A stretch of DNA of 64,000 nt. Origin: the human T2T-CHM13v2.0 reference genome, Homo sapiens. The stretch lies in the NCBI RefSeq assembly GCF_009914755.1, contig NC_060940.1. One strand, written 5' to 3'. Of the stretch, positions 26,131 through 39,700 are shown piece by piece. The notes under the pieces were generated by a model. It was given only the letters and a program-made list of their open reading frames with translations. It made no database searches and was not told where the DNA came from. The position numbers were made by a program, and so were the translations under genes. Within the stretch, counting starts at the first letter, position 1; every line of letters begins with the position of its first letter.

Positions 26131-26430
26131 GGCCAGGAGCAATGGCTCATGCGTGTCCCAGCACTTTTGGAGGCTGAGGCAGGAGGATTGCTTGAGCTGA
26201 GGAGTTCGAGACCAGCCTGTGCAACATGAGGAGACCCCGTCTCTACAAAATTTTTATTTTTAATTAGGTAGGTGTGGTGATGCTCACTTGTAATCCCAGC
26301 TCCTTTGGAGACTGAGGTGAGGATTGCTTCAGTACTGGAGTTCAAGACCGTAGTAAGCTATGATCACACTATTGCACTCGCACTTGAGCCACAGGGTAAG
26401 ACCTTGTTGCAATCAATCATTCAGTCAACA
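26131..26430 (+). mobile_element. AluJ
   Basis: GGAGGATTGCTTGAG, GCTATGATC J-type features. Confidence 0.9.
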
Positions 26431-26524
26431 ATCATTGTGTCATGTCTGCCTGCCTGTTGAAAAAGCCTTTTAGATGAAAGTCAATCTTCGGTTTTGTTGT
26501 TGCCAGACTGGCCCCTTCATGTAA

Positions 26525-27149
<625 letters not shown>

Positions 27150-27513
27150 TCTTTGACATAATTTTTGCAAATCAATGAATTGGACTTGACATCTAGGTGA
27201 CTGTGGATACAGAACTGATGTATTAACCTTTGACATGGCTGCAACCTGCTGAGTAAAGGCTGATCCCTTGACTGGACCTGTTATACATCACTGTCCACTT
27301 GATTAGGTGCAAGGAACTTTGTTGCAGAGATTTTAAAGTGGAATCAGACACCCAGGTAACATACTTCTGACCACCTTAATGTGTCATAGCTTCAAACACA
27401 TTTAACCAAAGCCCCTCTCCCATGTACGAGGACCCTGCTTACCTGTTAGCTGCGTGTGTCACCCTTCTTTAGTGTCTCATGGTAGAAATAATTCAGTTTT
27501 AAAATTAACTTTT

Positions 27514-27831
27514 AGCTGGACGCAGTGGCTCATGCCTGTAATCCCAACGCTTTGTGAGGCAGAGGCAGGCAGATTGGTTGAGGTCAAGAGTTCGAGACCA
27601 GCCTGGCCAGCATGGTGAAACCCTTTCTTTGCTTAAAAAAAAAAAAAAAAAAAAAAATTTAACTGGATTTGGTGGCGCATGCGTGTAATTGCAGCTACTC
27701 GGGAGGCTGAGGCAAGAGAATCACTTGAACCCAGGAGGAGGTTGCAGTGAGCTGAGATTGCACCACTGCACTCCAGCCTGGGCGACAGAGCCAAACTCTG
27801 TCTCAAAGAAAAAAAAAACAAACAAAAAAAA
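27514..27831 (+). mobile_element. AluS with the middle linker expanded to A23
   Basis: A-run 27635-27657 between the arms. Confidence 0.92.
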
Positions 27832-28182
27832 CTACCAACAGTCTACATGAAGGTTGTGTGTGTTAAGTACATCTGTTAAACTTCTAAGTTTCTGACAAAA
27901 ACCTTATTAACTATAACTCAAGAATTCATGAAGTCCCCTGTGAATGTGACTCATATCAGACAGGAGATCCCAAGCCCTTCATGAAGGCTTGCCTCATACC
28001 CTGTTCCTGGGCCATTGCCCAAAAATCTACTGTGTCTCTCTGTTGGGCTTCAGAATGAGATGATCTGGTTTTAAACGCAGGCCTGCCATCCTCAAGCTAA
28101 ATGAGCATGGGTTAGTGGCTAAACTTTTTGTGTCTGCTCTCCTATATCTCACATGGGCATAAAACTATCTTAGATGTCATGA

Positions 28183-28630
28183 TGTAATTGCATTATTGTT
28201 TCAGATTTTCCACCCCTCCCTCTATGGAAGCCCTTTTCTAGGTTCCTCTGGTAGAGTACCAGGCATATGGCTTCCTGCCACAGGGATCCTGCTGTTGGTC
28301 CTGTGACAGTTTGGCCAACGAAATGTTAGCAGACATGATACAAGCAGAGGCTTTAGAAGTAGGTGCTTGTGTAGCTGGATTCACCTGTGTGTGCGTCTTT
28401 CATTACTATGAGAATCATGGTTTCTAAATGGGTGTGACATACGGAGCTCACCTCACCCATCCCACAAGTGGGACTTAAACCAAGTTTAGAAGAAATGAAC
28501 TTCATCTGACGTACAGATCCATGAGTGGCCAAAAAGAAAAAAAAAATATTATTGAATGCCAGTGAGAGTTTTATGAGTGAGTAAATGCCAGTGAGGTTTG
28601 TTATGTAGTTACTAAAGTGGCAATAATACA
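28183..28630 (+). mobile_element. Old MaLR LTR (MLT1H/I-like)
   Basis: TTTGGCCAACGAAATGTTAGCAGACATGATACAAGCAGAGGCTT; ends AATACA. Confidence 0.65.
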
Positions 28631-28727
28631 AGCTGTTGTAAGATTTAAACTCTAGTTCCCTTTTTTCTTCTAAAGTTGCTATGGCACTCTCATTTAACCT
28701 CTAGTAGGGCATGTATCACTCAGCACC

Positions 28728-29291
28728 TGTGATGAATAGCTGCTATTATTCATTTTTCCCCCCTTCTTCTGGTAAAGCCCCTTAGTGTTTCTCTAGAGAA
28801 GTCCTCTCTTCCACCCTCAGTCTGTGTCATCAGATAGAAAAAGCCCCAAGCTTCACAAGGGGGAGTGTGATCGAGGCCTGGCCACTGATGCCATTTCATC
28901 CTCCTGGCCTCCCTGACTGGTCCGTGCCTGGGCATATCGCCCAACTCAGTCCAATGAGATCAAATCTCAGGAAATTACATGGAATTCTTTGGAAAGAGAC
29001 TCGATTTCCTCTGGGCATGCTGAACTGATAGAATGAAGTCGAAATTTTGGTAGCCACCTCTCCATGGGTTGAAAGGCACCTGTCTGAGAATCAAACTGAC
29101 ACAGAGGAAAATAAAGATAAGTAACAGAGATGGACTACCAACGGCATTGTATAAGCGACTTGAATGAGTTCTGTCTGAATCCAAACACCACAGACTTCCG
29201 GTTTCAGGATCCAACAATTTCCATGTGGGCTATGGCAGTTTGTATCATATATTTGACCCCTGTGAGCCTTGTACACTGGAGTGTCCTAACA
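28728..29291 (+). mobile_element. Old MaLR LTR (MLT1K-like)
   Basis: CCCCTTCTTCTGGTAA, CCAATGAGA, CTGTCTGAGAATCAAACTGACACAGAGGAA. Confidence 0.6.
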
Positions 29292-29531
29292 TTCTGTTTA
29301 TTTCCGTATAGAAATCGTCTTCATTCCTGTGGTTGGCAATCCTGCATCATTTAACTTTGTGTCTCCCAGTGGAAATGGCATAGTCCCTTGTACATAGCAG
29401 GTGCTCACTTAGGTTTGAATTATTGCTTAGATGAATAAATAATATTGGTCTACAGTGAACACACACACACATCCTTTAACATGGCTGTAGAGTTTAAGTT
29501 GCAAAAGGTCATCTTCAGAAACCAAAAGGTA

Positions 29532-29841
<310 letters not shown>

Positions 29842-30067
29842 ACCAAAAGGTATATAGTATAACAGGTATTAAAATCTATTTCAAAGAAAGGAACTTGTTG
29901 ATTACGACACTGGTAATTTACAGAAGAGCAAGCATTTGAATCCAGCCCTCTGATTCCAGTGTAACCTACAATGTAAGTGCTTTCCTCAAGCATACCTTAC
30001 AGAGCTCTGCACATCAGGGAGACTGTTCCTGCAGAGGTGATGTCATCTGGTATTTTCACTCATCCTC

Positions 30068-30412
30068 TGGCTGTGTCCCCACCCAAATCACATCTTGAAT
30101 TGTAGTTCCCATAATCCCCATATGTCATGGGAGGCACCCAATAGGAAGTAAAATTGAATCGTGGGGCTTGATTTTTCCTTTCCTTTTCTCATAATAGTGA
30201 GTAAGTCTCATGAAATCTGATGGTTTTATAAAGGACACACTGTCTCTTGCCTGCCGCCATATAAGACATACCTTTGCTTCTCCTTCACCTTCCATCGTGA
30301 TTGTGAGGCCTCCCCAGCCATGTGCAACTGTGAGTCGATTAAACCTTTTCTTCTTTATAAATTGTCCAGTCTCAGGTATTTCTTCATAGCATTATGAAAA
30401 TAGACTAATACG
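30068..30412 (+). mobile_element. THE1C-like solo LTR missing about 10 bp of the 5' end
   Basis: TGGCTGTGTCCCCACCCAAATC...AGACTAATACG; TCCTC on both flanks. Confidence 0.85.
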
Positions 30413-30481
30413 TCCTCTTAATCATCAAATAATCTTTTGATTCCCTAATGGATAGATAGGATTGTTCAGGTAACTGTGATA

Positions 30482-30800
30482 GGCCCAACACAGTGGCTCC
30501 TATAATCCCAGCATTTTGGGAGGCTGGGGAGGAAAAATCAGTTGAGGCCAGGAGTTCGACACCAGCATGGGAAAGATAGAAAAACCGTCTCTACAGAAAA
30601 AGTTTTTAAAAAGTAACTGGGTATGGTGGCGTGCACCTATAGTCTCAGCTACTTGGGATGGTGAGGCAGGAAGATTTTTTGAGCCCGGGAGTTAGAGGCT
30701 GCTGCAAGCCATGATCACACTACTACAGTCCAGCCTGAGTGACAGAGCAAGACCCTGTCTCCAAAAAAAAAACAAGCAAAACAAACAAACAAAAACCGAA
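30482..30800 (+). mobile_element. AluJ (Jo/Jr)
   Basis: GAGGCCAGGAGTTCG, GAGGCTGC, GCCATGATC. Confidence 0.9.
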
Positions 30801-31039
30801 AACTGCAGTGCATTCTCATTCTTAGAAGATTTTTTAAGAGCCTCTATAGGCCTCAAATCGATGCTAAGTCAGAGACTTATTACTGCAAAAGGCCTGTGAA
30901 TGAGCACAGATAAATGGACCATTGGTACTTCCAAAGAAGCCATGTAGAAGTTAATTATTTTTGACCCATAGTGTTGCTGTTTTTCATCCTTTGTCATCCT
31001 TAGCAGTTTGGACCATACATTTCATGCACAATGGTTGAA

Positions 31040-31270
31040 TGATAATTAAAGCTACCAGTTATTGAATTTGTATTATGTGTTATATACAGTTACTTGTAAG
31101 GGAGTCTTAGGGTTATTATCACTTAATTCTTAACCCTACAAAACAGATTCCTATATATTTCCAGTGTGAGAAACACATCTCAGAAATGTTAAAGTATCAA
31201 GCCACTACACCATTAAAAAACAATAGTGATGAGATTCAGTGCCAGGTTTATCTGCCCATGTTCATGATCT
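31040..31270 (-). mobile_element. MIR
   Basis: Degenerate antisense MIR (AGCTACCAGTTATTGAA...GAGAAACAC..TCAGAAATGTTAAAGT). Confidence 0.55.
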
Positions 31271-31471
31271 CTTTGCTGGAAGGCACTCCTGGATTTGGCT
31301 AGAAGTCCAGTCATGGCCTCTACCCTTGTAGCTGTTTTAAATATGGTGTCTCTTTACATCTAACCAGGGCTATCACCTGGGTCTGTGGTGCTTTCCTCTC
31401 TTCCCTATTACTAAGTTTTGCTACCTGACATGTTTTGTCCCCAAATTGGAAAACTAGTCTAGTCTTTGATA

Positions 31472-32043
31472 CTGTTTTATTTTAAAAAATTTCATTGAGG
31501 TGTATTCCACATAACTGATATCAATTATTTTTAAGTGAACAATTCAGTGGCACATAGTGCATTAATGTTGTGCAACTACCACCTTTATCTAGTTCCAAAA
31601 CATTTTCATTATCCCAAAAAGAAATCCCATGCCTATTAATCAGATGCTTTTCATTTCTCTCTCCCCCCAACCGCTGGTAACCACTGGTCGGTCTGTCACA
31701 ATGGATGTGTCCGTTTATGATATCTTACATAAATCGTACAACACGTGGCCTTTTTCATCTGACTTCTTTCAGCATAATGTTTGCAAGATTAATTCACATG
31801 ATAGCCTGTATCAGTGCTTCATCAATTTTTATGGCTGAATAATATTCCACTGTAGAAATGAACCAATTTTTTCATTGATAGACATTTGGGTTGTTTCCAT
31901 TTTCTAGCTGTTGTGAATGATGCTGTTATGAACATGAAGGTGCAGGCACTTGTCTGTTTTCAATTTTTGTGGGTATATACCTAGGCATGAAATTGCTAGG
32001 TCATATGGTTTAACCCTTTGAGGAAACTCTGTTTTTCACAGCT
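31472..32043 (-). mobile_element. L1MB 3' end
   Basis: GTTGTGCAACTACCACC, TTTTTATGGCTGAATAATATTCCA, GAAATTGCTAGGTCATATGG. Confidence 0.85.
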
Positions 32044-33094
32044 CTAGTTTCTGATGTGATTGCCTCTACTGTTTGGGGATGGATGATACTTCGCTGACAT
32101 ACCTTCTACATGACCAAATAGGGAGCATGGTTGTATAGACTTGACAAGTGATCATCATACTGAGACTACTGCCAGTGAAATGGTTGCGTGTGATTTTTCT
32201 GCAGCTACTGGGGGAGACAGACTGAGAAAGGATACAGGGAAGCAAAACGGGAGCTCGTGTGCCAAGTCGAGGCATTGTAAGAGGGGAGAATGATGGATGG
32301 TTGGATGACAGTCAGTTTGAAATGCTGGTATGGCAGATTTCCCTTGAGTATCAATGCTCAGTAGTCCCACTTTCTGCCTTTTCCATTCTATCACCATTAT
32401 TCTTTGTTGGACATGCACATTCTTCAATGCCTGTTGACTCTCAGCCATTCTGTGGTCTGTTACTGTCACTTGCAAGAATTTGGCTGTCAGGGGAGATGCC
32501 AGCAAGTCTTTTAAAAGCCACTGCAAACTTTCATTGCTAACTTGTAACTTGGAGGAACTTTCAGAGAAAGGGTTATAAATAAAACACATGCATCAATCTG
32601 AGTTTCACAACAGGAATGCAATTCCACTTCGTGGCTAGAGATAAAACATGTCTTGCCGTGCACAGTGAGCTCTTCGCCGTGCTTGCATTTTATTTCCCAT
32701 CACAATCTAAGTTATGGCAGATGAAGCTGCTCATAAGGTATGAGGTTAGACAACCCCATGCTAATTCACTTTTACACGCTATGGTGTGTTTTTAAAGATC
32801 CAAGCTCTGCTTTCTTCAGCAACTCAGGCTTGAAGGAAGGGAGAGGGGTGGAAAAGAACCCAGAAGAACCTATGGGACAAGCGCGAGTATGGTCTGACTC
32901 TCCAACCAGGTTAAGCCTTTTGAGAGCAATAGCTGAATCTTAGATCTCTTTGTGCCTTAAAATGCCTGGAACAGTGATTCACATAAAGGGCATGCATTAA
33001 TATTAACAAGTGCGTGCTGCTGCAGCAGAGGATAGTTCTGATAACCATTAGAGTTCATGGACAAAAAACGATGATCCCTAACAGCTTCTCAACG

Positions 33095-33270
33095 TGTAGA
33101 TACTTTGCTTAGTACTGTATGTGCATTATTCTGATGTCATGTTTGTTATTGGCATGTGTGTTGAATACAATTATTTCCATTTTACAGATGGGAGACTGAG
33201 CATCAGAGGGTCATAGCCATTTTATGAAGCCTGTATTTGATAGAAGCCAGGACCATCTCAGCCCCAAAGT
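33095..33270 (-). mobile_element. MIR
   Basis: CCATTTTACAGATGGGAGACTGAG core. Confidence 0.75.
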
Positions 33271-33344
33271 GATTAGGGAGCCTGTGTTCCTTCTTAAGCA
33301 TTAAGCATTCTACTTCACTGACCTCTTGGCCCATCTGAAATTGT

Positions 33345-33659
33345 TTTGTTTTCTTTTTTTTTTTTCTTTTTTTTCCCCAGAAAGAGTCTTGCTCTGTCAC
33401 CGTGGCTGGAGTGCAATGGCATGATCTTGACTCACTGCAACCTCCACCTCTTGGATTCAAGTGATTCTCCTGCCTCAGCCTCCCAAGTAGCTAGTATTAT
33501 ATATGTGCGCCACCACACCTGGCTAATTTTTGTATTTTTAATAGAGATGGGGTTTTGCCATGTTGGCCACGCTAGTCTCAAACTACTGGTCTCAGGTCAT
33601 CTGTATGCCTCAGTCTCCCAAAGTGCTGGTATTACAGGAGGGAGCCACTGTGTCTGGCC
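33345..33659 (-). mobile_element. AluS
   Basis: Antisense dimer. Confidence 0.93.
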
Positions 33660-33794
33660 ACCACATGAAATTCTTATAAGGGAGTATATTATCTTCTTCC
33701 TTCCTTGAATATGCCACCAGTTTTCCTCCCTTGATTTTGAATCTCCCTATTCTTGATTTCTTAGGGTCAGTGGAAATCATTCTTCTTCCCTTTT

Positions 33795-34115
33795 TCATTC
33801 ATTTGTTCATTCATTCATTCAATATTTACCACCAATTGAAATTTTGAATGTTAAATATCAGCCACTGTTGTAGTTGTTGCAGATAGGAAGACTAATAATA
33901 GGAGATTCCTACCTCTGGGGACCTAGCCAGGTAATCAGAGAAATAGAGGGCTCTGTGCTGTGGGCTGGGGTTGAGGGGATTACAGGTTGCTGCAAAAAGG
34001 AGCATGCTGGAGTTACACGTAACAAATCAGTGTAAGAAACGGTGTCCTGGAAGAGGTGGCATCTGGTCCAAATCTTGAAGGATGGGTATGAGCTGGCCCC
34101 ATGAATGAAAGTGTG
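33795..34115 (-). mobile_element. L2 3' end
   Basis: (TTCA)n tail then GGAAGAGGTGGCATCTG...CTTGAAGGATG. Confidence 0.7.
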
Positions 34116-34225
34116 GAGAAAGTGTAGAGTTCTCCATTATCTGGATTTCCATATCTTTGTCTACACCTTGTATTTTGTAGTAATGGAATGGTGAAGAGGA
34201 GTTTCCAGAATGTAAATAGTTATTT

Positions 34226-34513
<288 letters not shown>

Positions 34514-35041
34514 GACTGTAAACAGTTATCTTACTGTCAAGGCAACTCAAGATGTTCTATTGCTTTAAATAGAAAATGGTAGTGGTGTTTTGTAGTAAAT
34601 TCTATATTTCATTTTTTAAAAATTAACATGTTGAGTATATCTCCTATTTTTCTTAATAATAATCATAATAAATACTAATACAAGTCTGTAAGTTAAAGGT
34701 GTGCTGTTTTGTCAACAGATTACTCTGAAGTGAAAATCCATTCCTTATCAAAAGAGGTTCTTGGATTCATCACTCACTACCTTGAAATAATAATGTTTTT
34801 CTTGTATATACTCTCTGTTTTACTTTTCTTTGAAAAAGTCCAAAAGCTTTCTTTAAAAACTTTTCTGGAAGAAAACATTTAAAAGGAATTAAATATATTT
34901 TTAAATTTGTAATAACATGTCAAAGATAATACATGTGGATTGGAAAGAAACACTATTAACATTTCAAAAGTGAAATAATTGAAAGTGGTATTGTTGGGTT
35001 CCTGCCATCTTCCCTAGAGGCAACCATTGGTACATGATTAA

Positions 35042-35451
<410 letters not shown>

Positions 35452-36189
35452 TTCTAGATATTTTTAAATACACACTTAAAATTCACGAATTAACGGAAAA
35501 GTCAGAGATTATTCAGCAAGGCAGGGATGATTTGAAAAGGGAAAGGAAAAATAACGACAGGAAAAGGGAGTTGTGTGTTTAGAACAAACAAGCTGAGAAC
35601 ACAAAATGAATCTCACTTTTTGAACAGTCTTTTGATATTGAAGGTCCAGGTACCTACGCACGTGTGAAGCATTTTTGAGTTCCATTTTCTCTTCCTTTTA
35701 GAAACTGCAACATCCTCTCCCTGGGAGTGGGTATTTATTCACCGCTTCACTGCAGAAAGCAGGAGTCTTGGATAGGTAACACAAGGAAAGAACCTAGTAG
35801 CAGACGAAGAGGAAAGGGAGGGAGGCAGGGCAGTCGATGCCAGGGACACGTGTAACGGGGTCCTGAAGACACGCAGCTAATGAAAGGTAAGGGTGGAGAC
35901 AGAGGCAGCGATCCTGCACAGGAACTTGCATCTTCCATCCAGAAGGAGGAATGAATATCCTTGGGGAGCCTTCTGATGTAGGTGGCAGCAAGACTTTAGG
36001 AATCGTGTGACTTTAAATTCAAATCCTGGTTGTACCGCAGGGTGCTCATCCTTTAACGATACGAGTTTCCATGTCTGCAAAAATGTTGAACCTTCTTTAC
36101 ATTTTGGGTAGGCCGACCACATCGTGGTGATGTGCAGAGGTGGTCCACGTTCATTGCCCAGGTCCCCCACGTTCATTGCCCAGGTCTCC

Positions 36190-36520
36190 CGCTAGCTGTT
36201 TATTTCATCTTGGTCATGCCGTCTCACTTCTCCCTACCCCAGTTTTCTCATCTGGAGAAGACAGGACTCATCGTCGCCACGTAGGTTGTATGTATTGAGT
36301 CAGTCGACGCATGTAAGAGCTTAGAACAGACTGAGTGTGGTGCCTTGTACCTGTAATCCCAGCACTTTGGGGAGGCCGAAGCGAGAAAATCGTTTGAGTC
36401 CAGGAGTTCAAGACCAGCCTAGGCAACATGGGGAGACCCCCTTCTTATTTACAGAAAAAGGGAGGGGTGCTTAGAACACTGCCTGGTACATAGTAAATAC
36501 TCCAGAGTTGCTCGCTGGGA
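36190..36520 (+). mobile_element. MIR split by a FLAM
   Basis: CAGTTTTCTCATCTG core; GCTTAGAACACTGCCTGGTACATAGTAA tail. Confidence 0.75.
36329..36468 (+). mobile_element. FLAM-type Alu monomer
   Basis: Left monomer only; TSD GCTTAGAACA. Confidence 0.88.
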
Positions 36521-37409
36521 TCATTAGCACTCAAGTAATTCCCATGGGTTGTTAAGAGGCTTAGAGATGAGAAAATAACCTAGAACAGTGCCTGGTATAC
36601 AATAAGCGTTCCATAAGTGGCAGTGTGGGCACAGTCTTGCGGGCATACGTGCTTGCGGGCATGCGTGCTCTCACGTGCTCTATTCCTCCTCTCTTTGGTC
36701 CCTCTCCCTCTTGACATTTTCCTTTCTTTTTTTAAAAAACCTTCCTTTTTTTCTTTGTTTGCTACCAGCCTAAGAGCTCAGGAGAGAGGACTAACCCTAA
36801 GACCAGGTGATTTATTTTTCTCACGCTCATTTCTCTTTAATAATTATCATATTGACTCTGAATTTATTATACTACAAGAATGACTTTATGTGAAATCTCA
36901 TGAATTTAAACATTAATGTAAGATAAATTAATTTTAAATTGAAATCCTCAAATGCAGTTGGATGTGTTTCCGTATGATGAATAAGAAATTTTCCGAATAA
37001 AATCTGAATCTCTGATGTTCCATTTTTTGTGCAAATGGAAGAAATAGGTGAGGATATTTGATAAGGTTAAAATATGATTGCACTGCAATAGATAGGCCAT
37101 GCTGTAAACTAACTTTTTAGTCTGGGGAGAAAGCAGTTTGGGGGCAGGCTTTGGTGGATAAAAAGTGAAGATTTCTTTGCACATACTTACCGAGTCTCTT
37201 AGTGTCCTTTAATCTAACACCAGTGAATATAAGATATACCATCCTAAAGAGGACACTGTTTTTTACATTTTTAAAAATAAATCCATTGTATTAGAGGTGT
37301 GTTTTTTTTTTCTTCAACTACTTTAATCTCATTTTCTCCTAAAGTTCTTCTCTTCAATATGATCTGCAAAGGGTTGAAAGTGCTGTCCTCCAAACCAGGC
37401 GTAAGAAAG

Positions 37410-37580
37410 TGGTTACAGATAAAGCAAGTAAATCCATTAAAGAAGAAATGGGAAGATCTGTTGTGTGCCTTATCTGACCCAGCATTATCGCTGGAGGGGA
37501 AGTGCTTATAGGGAAGGAAGAGAAGTTTGGTCAATTGATGCAGTCTCAGTATGATGACAGCTGGTGACTTCCTGAGGGTT
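37410..37580. promoter_or_regulatory. Candidate GATA/ETS/E-box element
   Basis: AGATAA 37417, TTATCT 37470, GGGGAAGTG 37496, CAGCTG 37558, ACTTCCTG 37567. Confidence 0.35.
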
Positions 37581-37594
37581 ATTCATCACACTTC

Positions 37595-38158
37595 AGCAGG
37601 GTGATGTTTTCAAAGCCTGAGTGTGACCATGTCACTCCTCTGTTCTCCAGCGCTTTCAAAATAAAACTGAAATCCGTCTCAGAGGGCCAGTCTCAGAGTA
37701 TCCCCTGCCAGCCCCATCCTTCACTGCTCAGCAGTCACCTCCTTCCCCCTCCTCATCCTTTTGAGGTCTCTTCTGATCCTTCAGGGGCCAGCTTCTCTCC
37801 GTCCCATGGTTGTTTGCCTATGCTGATCCCCTATATGGATCTCCGGTCACCTCCATCACTCTTACCTGGTTAGTCTTTCCCTGGCCTTTATCCCAGGTCA
37901 GCTTCGCTTCTGCAGGAATGCCTGCCTTGAAACCTCAGGTCCTCCTGTTCCCCCTCTTAGAGCACTGGGCTATTCTCCTGGGAGGCAGTAATTCCAGTAG
38001 TAATTTGCATACATTTGTAAGCAGTTTTGATTAATGCCTGTTGTTTCCATTAGACTCTATGCTCTGTAGGGGACAAATCTTGTCTGCTTTTTGCTCATCA
38101 ATTTTTCCCCAGCACAGAGCTCAATACTGGCACTGGTAAACCCTTGAGAAAATGATTA
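37595..38158 (+). mobile_element. L2 3' portion
   Basis: GACCATGTCACTCCTCTG...CATTAGACTCTATGCTCTGTAGGGGACA. Confidence 0.75.
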
Positions 38159-38341
38159 AAAGCCTCTAAGATGCATGCAGTTATGAAGAACCAACAGAAG
38201 GTACAGGTGGCATGGGACAGCAGTCAGGAAGCAATTTGGCTTAAGGAGGAAGGCCAGTGACTCACAGATGGAGTCTCAGCACTTCCCTTGCCCGTAGAAG
38301 TGAGAAACAATACAGGTAGTCACAGCATAGTAAAAATTTCA

Positions 38342-38634
38342 GGCCAGGCACAGTGGCTCACAGCTGTAATCCCAGCACTTTGGGAGGCTGATGTGGGTGG
38401 GTCACAAGGTGAAGAGATCAGGAGCATCGTGGCCAACATGATGAAACCCCATCTCTACTCAAAATACAAAAATTAACTGGGCATGGTGACACAGGCCTTT
38501 AGACCCAGCTACTCAGGAGACTGAGGCAGGAGAATCACTTGAACCCAGGAGGAAGAGGTTGCAGTCAGTCGACATCACGCCATTGCACTCCAGCCTGGCA
38601 ACAGAGCGAGACGTGTCTTTAAAAAAAAAAAAAA
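38342..38634 (+). mobile_element. AluSc-like
   Basis: AAGAGATC and CCTGGCAACAG diagnostics. Confidence 0.92.
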
Positions 38635-38652
38635 TCAGATAGCAGTTTCATA

Positions 38653-39211
38653 TGACTAGAGGCTGTGGGCTGATCAGATCCTGAAAAACCGGGCATGGAC
38701 CAAGCTGGCTAAGACCAAGTGGACCCAACATGGTGCTGAATTTGACCTAGGATTCACCTAGGACCTCATGATGTGTTTGTTAACATCCTAAGTCACTGTG
38801 ACTTGGGATGTTAATGAGTGACTTACCATGTTAATGAGCATATCACGAGGTCCTAGGTGACCAGCACCATGAATTCCGAGAATACCTATGTTTGGTGTAA
38901 AAATGGATGGCATCACAATTCTAAGAAATTTCCACCCTTTCCCAGGAATTTTCATAAGTATTCCACCCCTTGGCTAAAGAAACACATAAAGGTAGCAGCC
39001 CCAAATCCCCTTAGGCATGGTGCTCTCTTGAGTCCGCCTACACTCCCCCTTTCTTGAGTGTGTACTTTTCCCGTTGTTATAAATCTCTGTACTTCCACTG
39101 TTGCCTGACTCATCCTTGAATTCCTTCTTGAGAAGGTGTCAAGAGCCTGGACACCTGCCGGGATCAGGGTCCCACCAGCATTTGGGGACCTCCCCAAGCC
39201 CACTAGTATCA
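38653..39211 (+). mobile_element. ERV1-class solo LTR (subfamily uncertain, MER66/MER41-group-like)
   Basis: TG...CA ends; CTCATCCTTGAATTCCTTCTTGAGAAGGTGTCAAGAGCCTGGACACC 3' region. Confidence 0.7.
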
Positions 39212-39700
39212 GTAGAGTCCCTATAGGTAATTGTCTAATAAGTGGAAGGTGGGTGTAGAAGTTTCAAGAAACCAAAGAAATGTCAGATGTGTCATTTGAC
39301 CCAAAAGAAAAGCGTTTTAAAGGAAGTTAATGAAATGCAGTCAGAAAAAAAAAAAAATAGCATAAAAGGAGAAATCTGAGAAGTTCTACTTTTAGGAATT
39401 TAATCTACATAAATACATATATAAGGAGGCAAGAATATGTGAGGAAGTAAATTCAATGTGTACACACACATACATACACAGACACACATAGATATATAGA
39501 ACGATTGTAAAAGGCTATTTGTAGATTTCTTGGGTAAGTTTTGGGTCTGTCCATGCAATGAAATACCACTCAACCATTAAAAAAAAAAAAAAACAAAAAA
39601 ACGTTAACTTATAGGTACTTAGTATGACAAAATAAGTACCATTAGTTAAACAAAAACAGGTATTTGCATAATCATGTGAATAATATGAATGTATTTTCTT

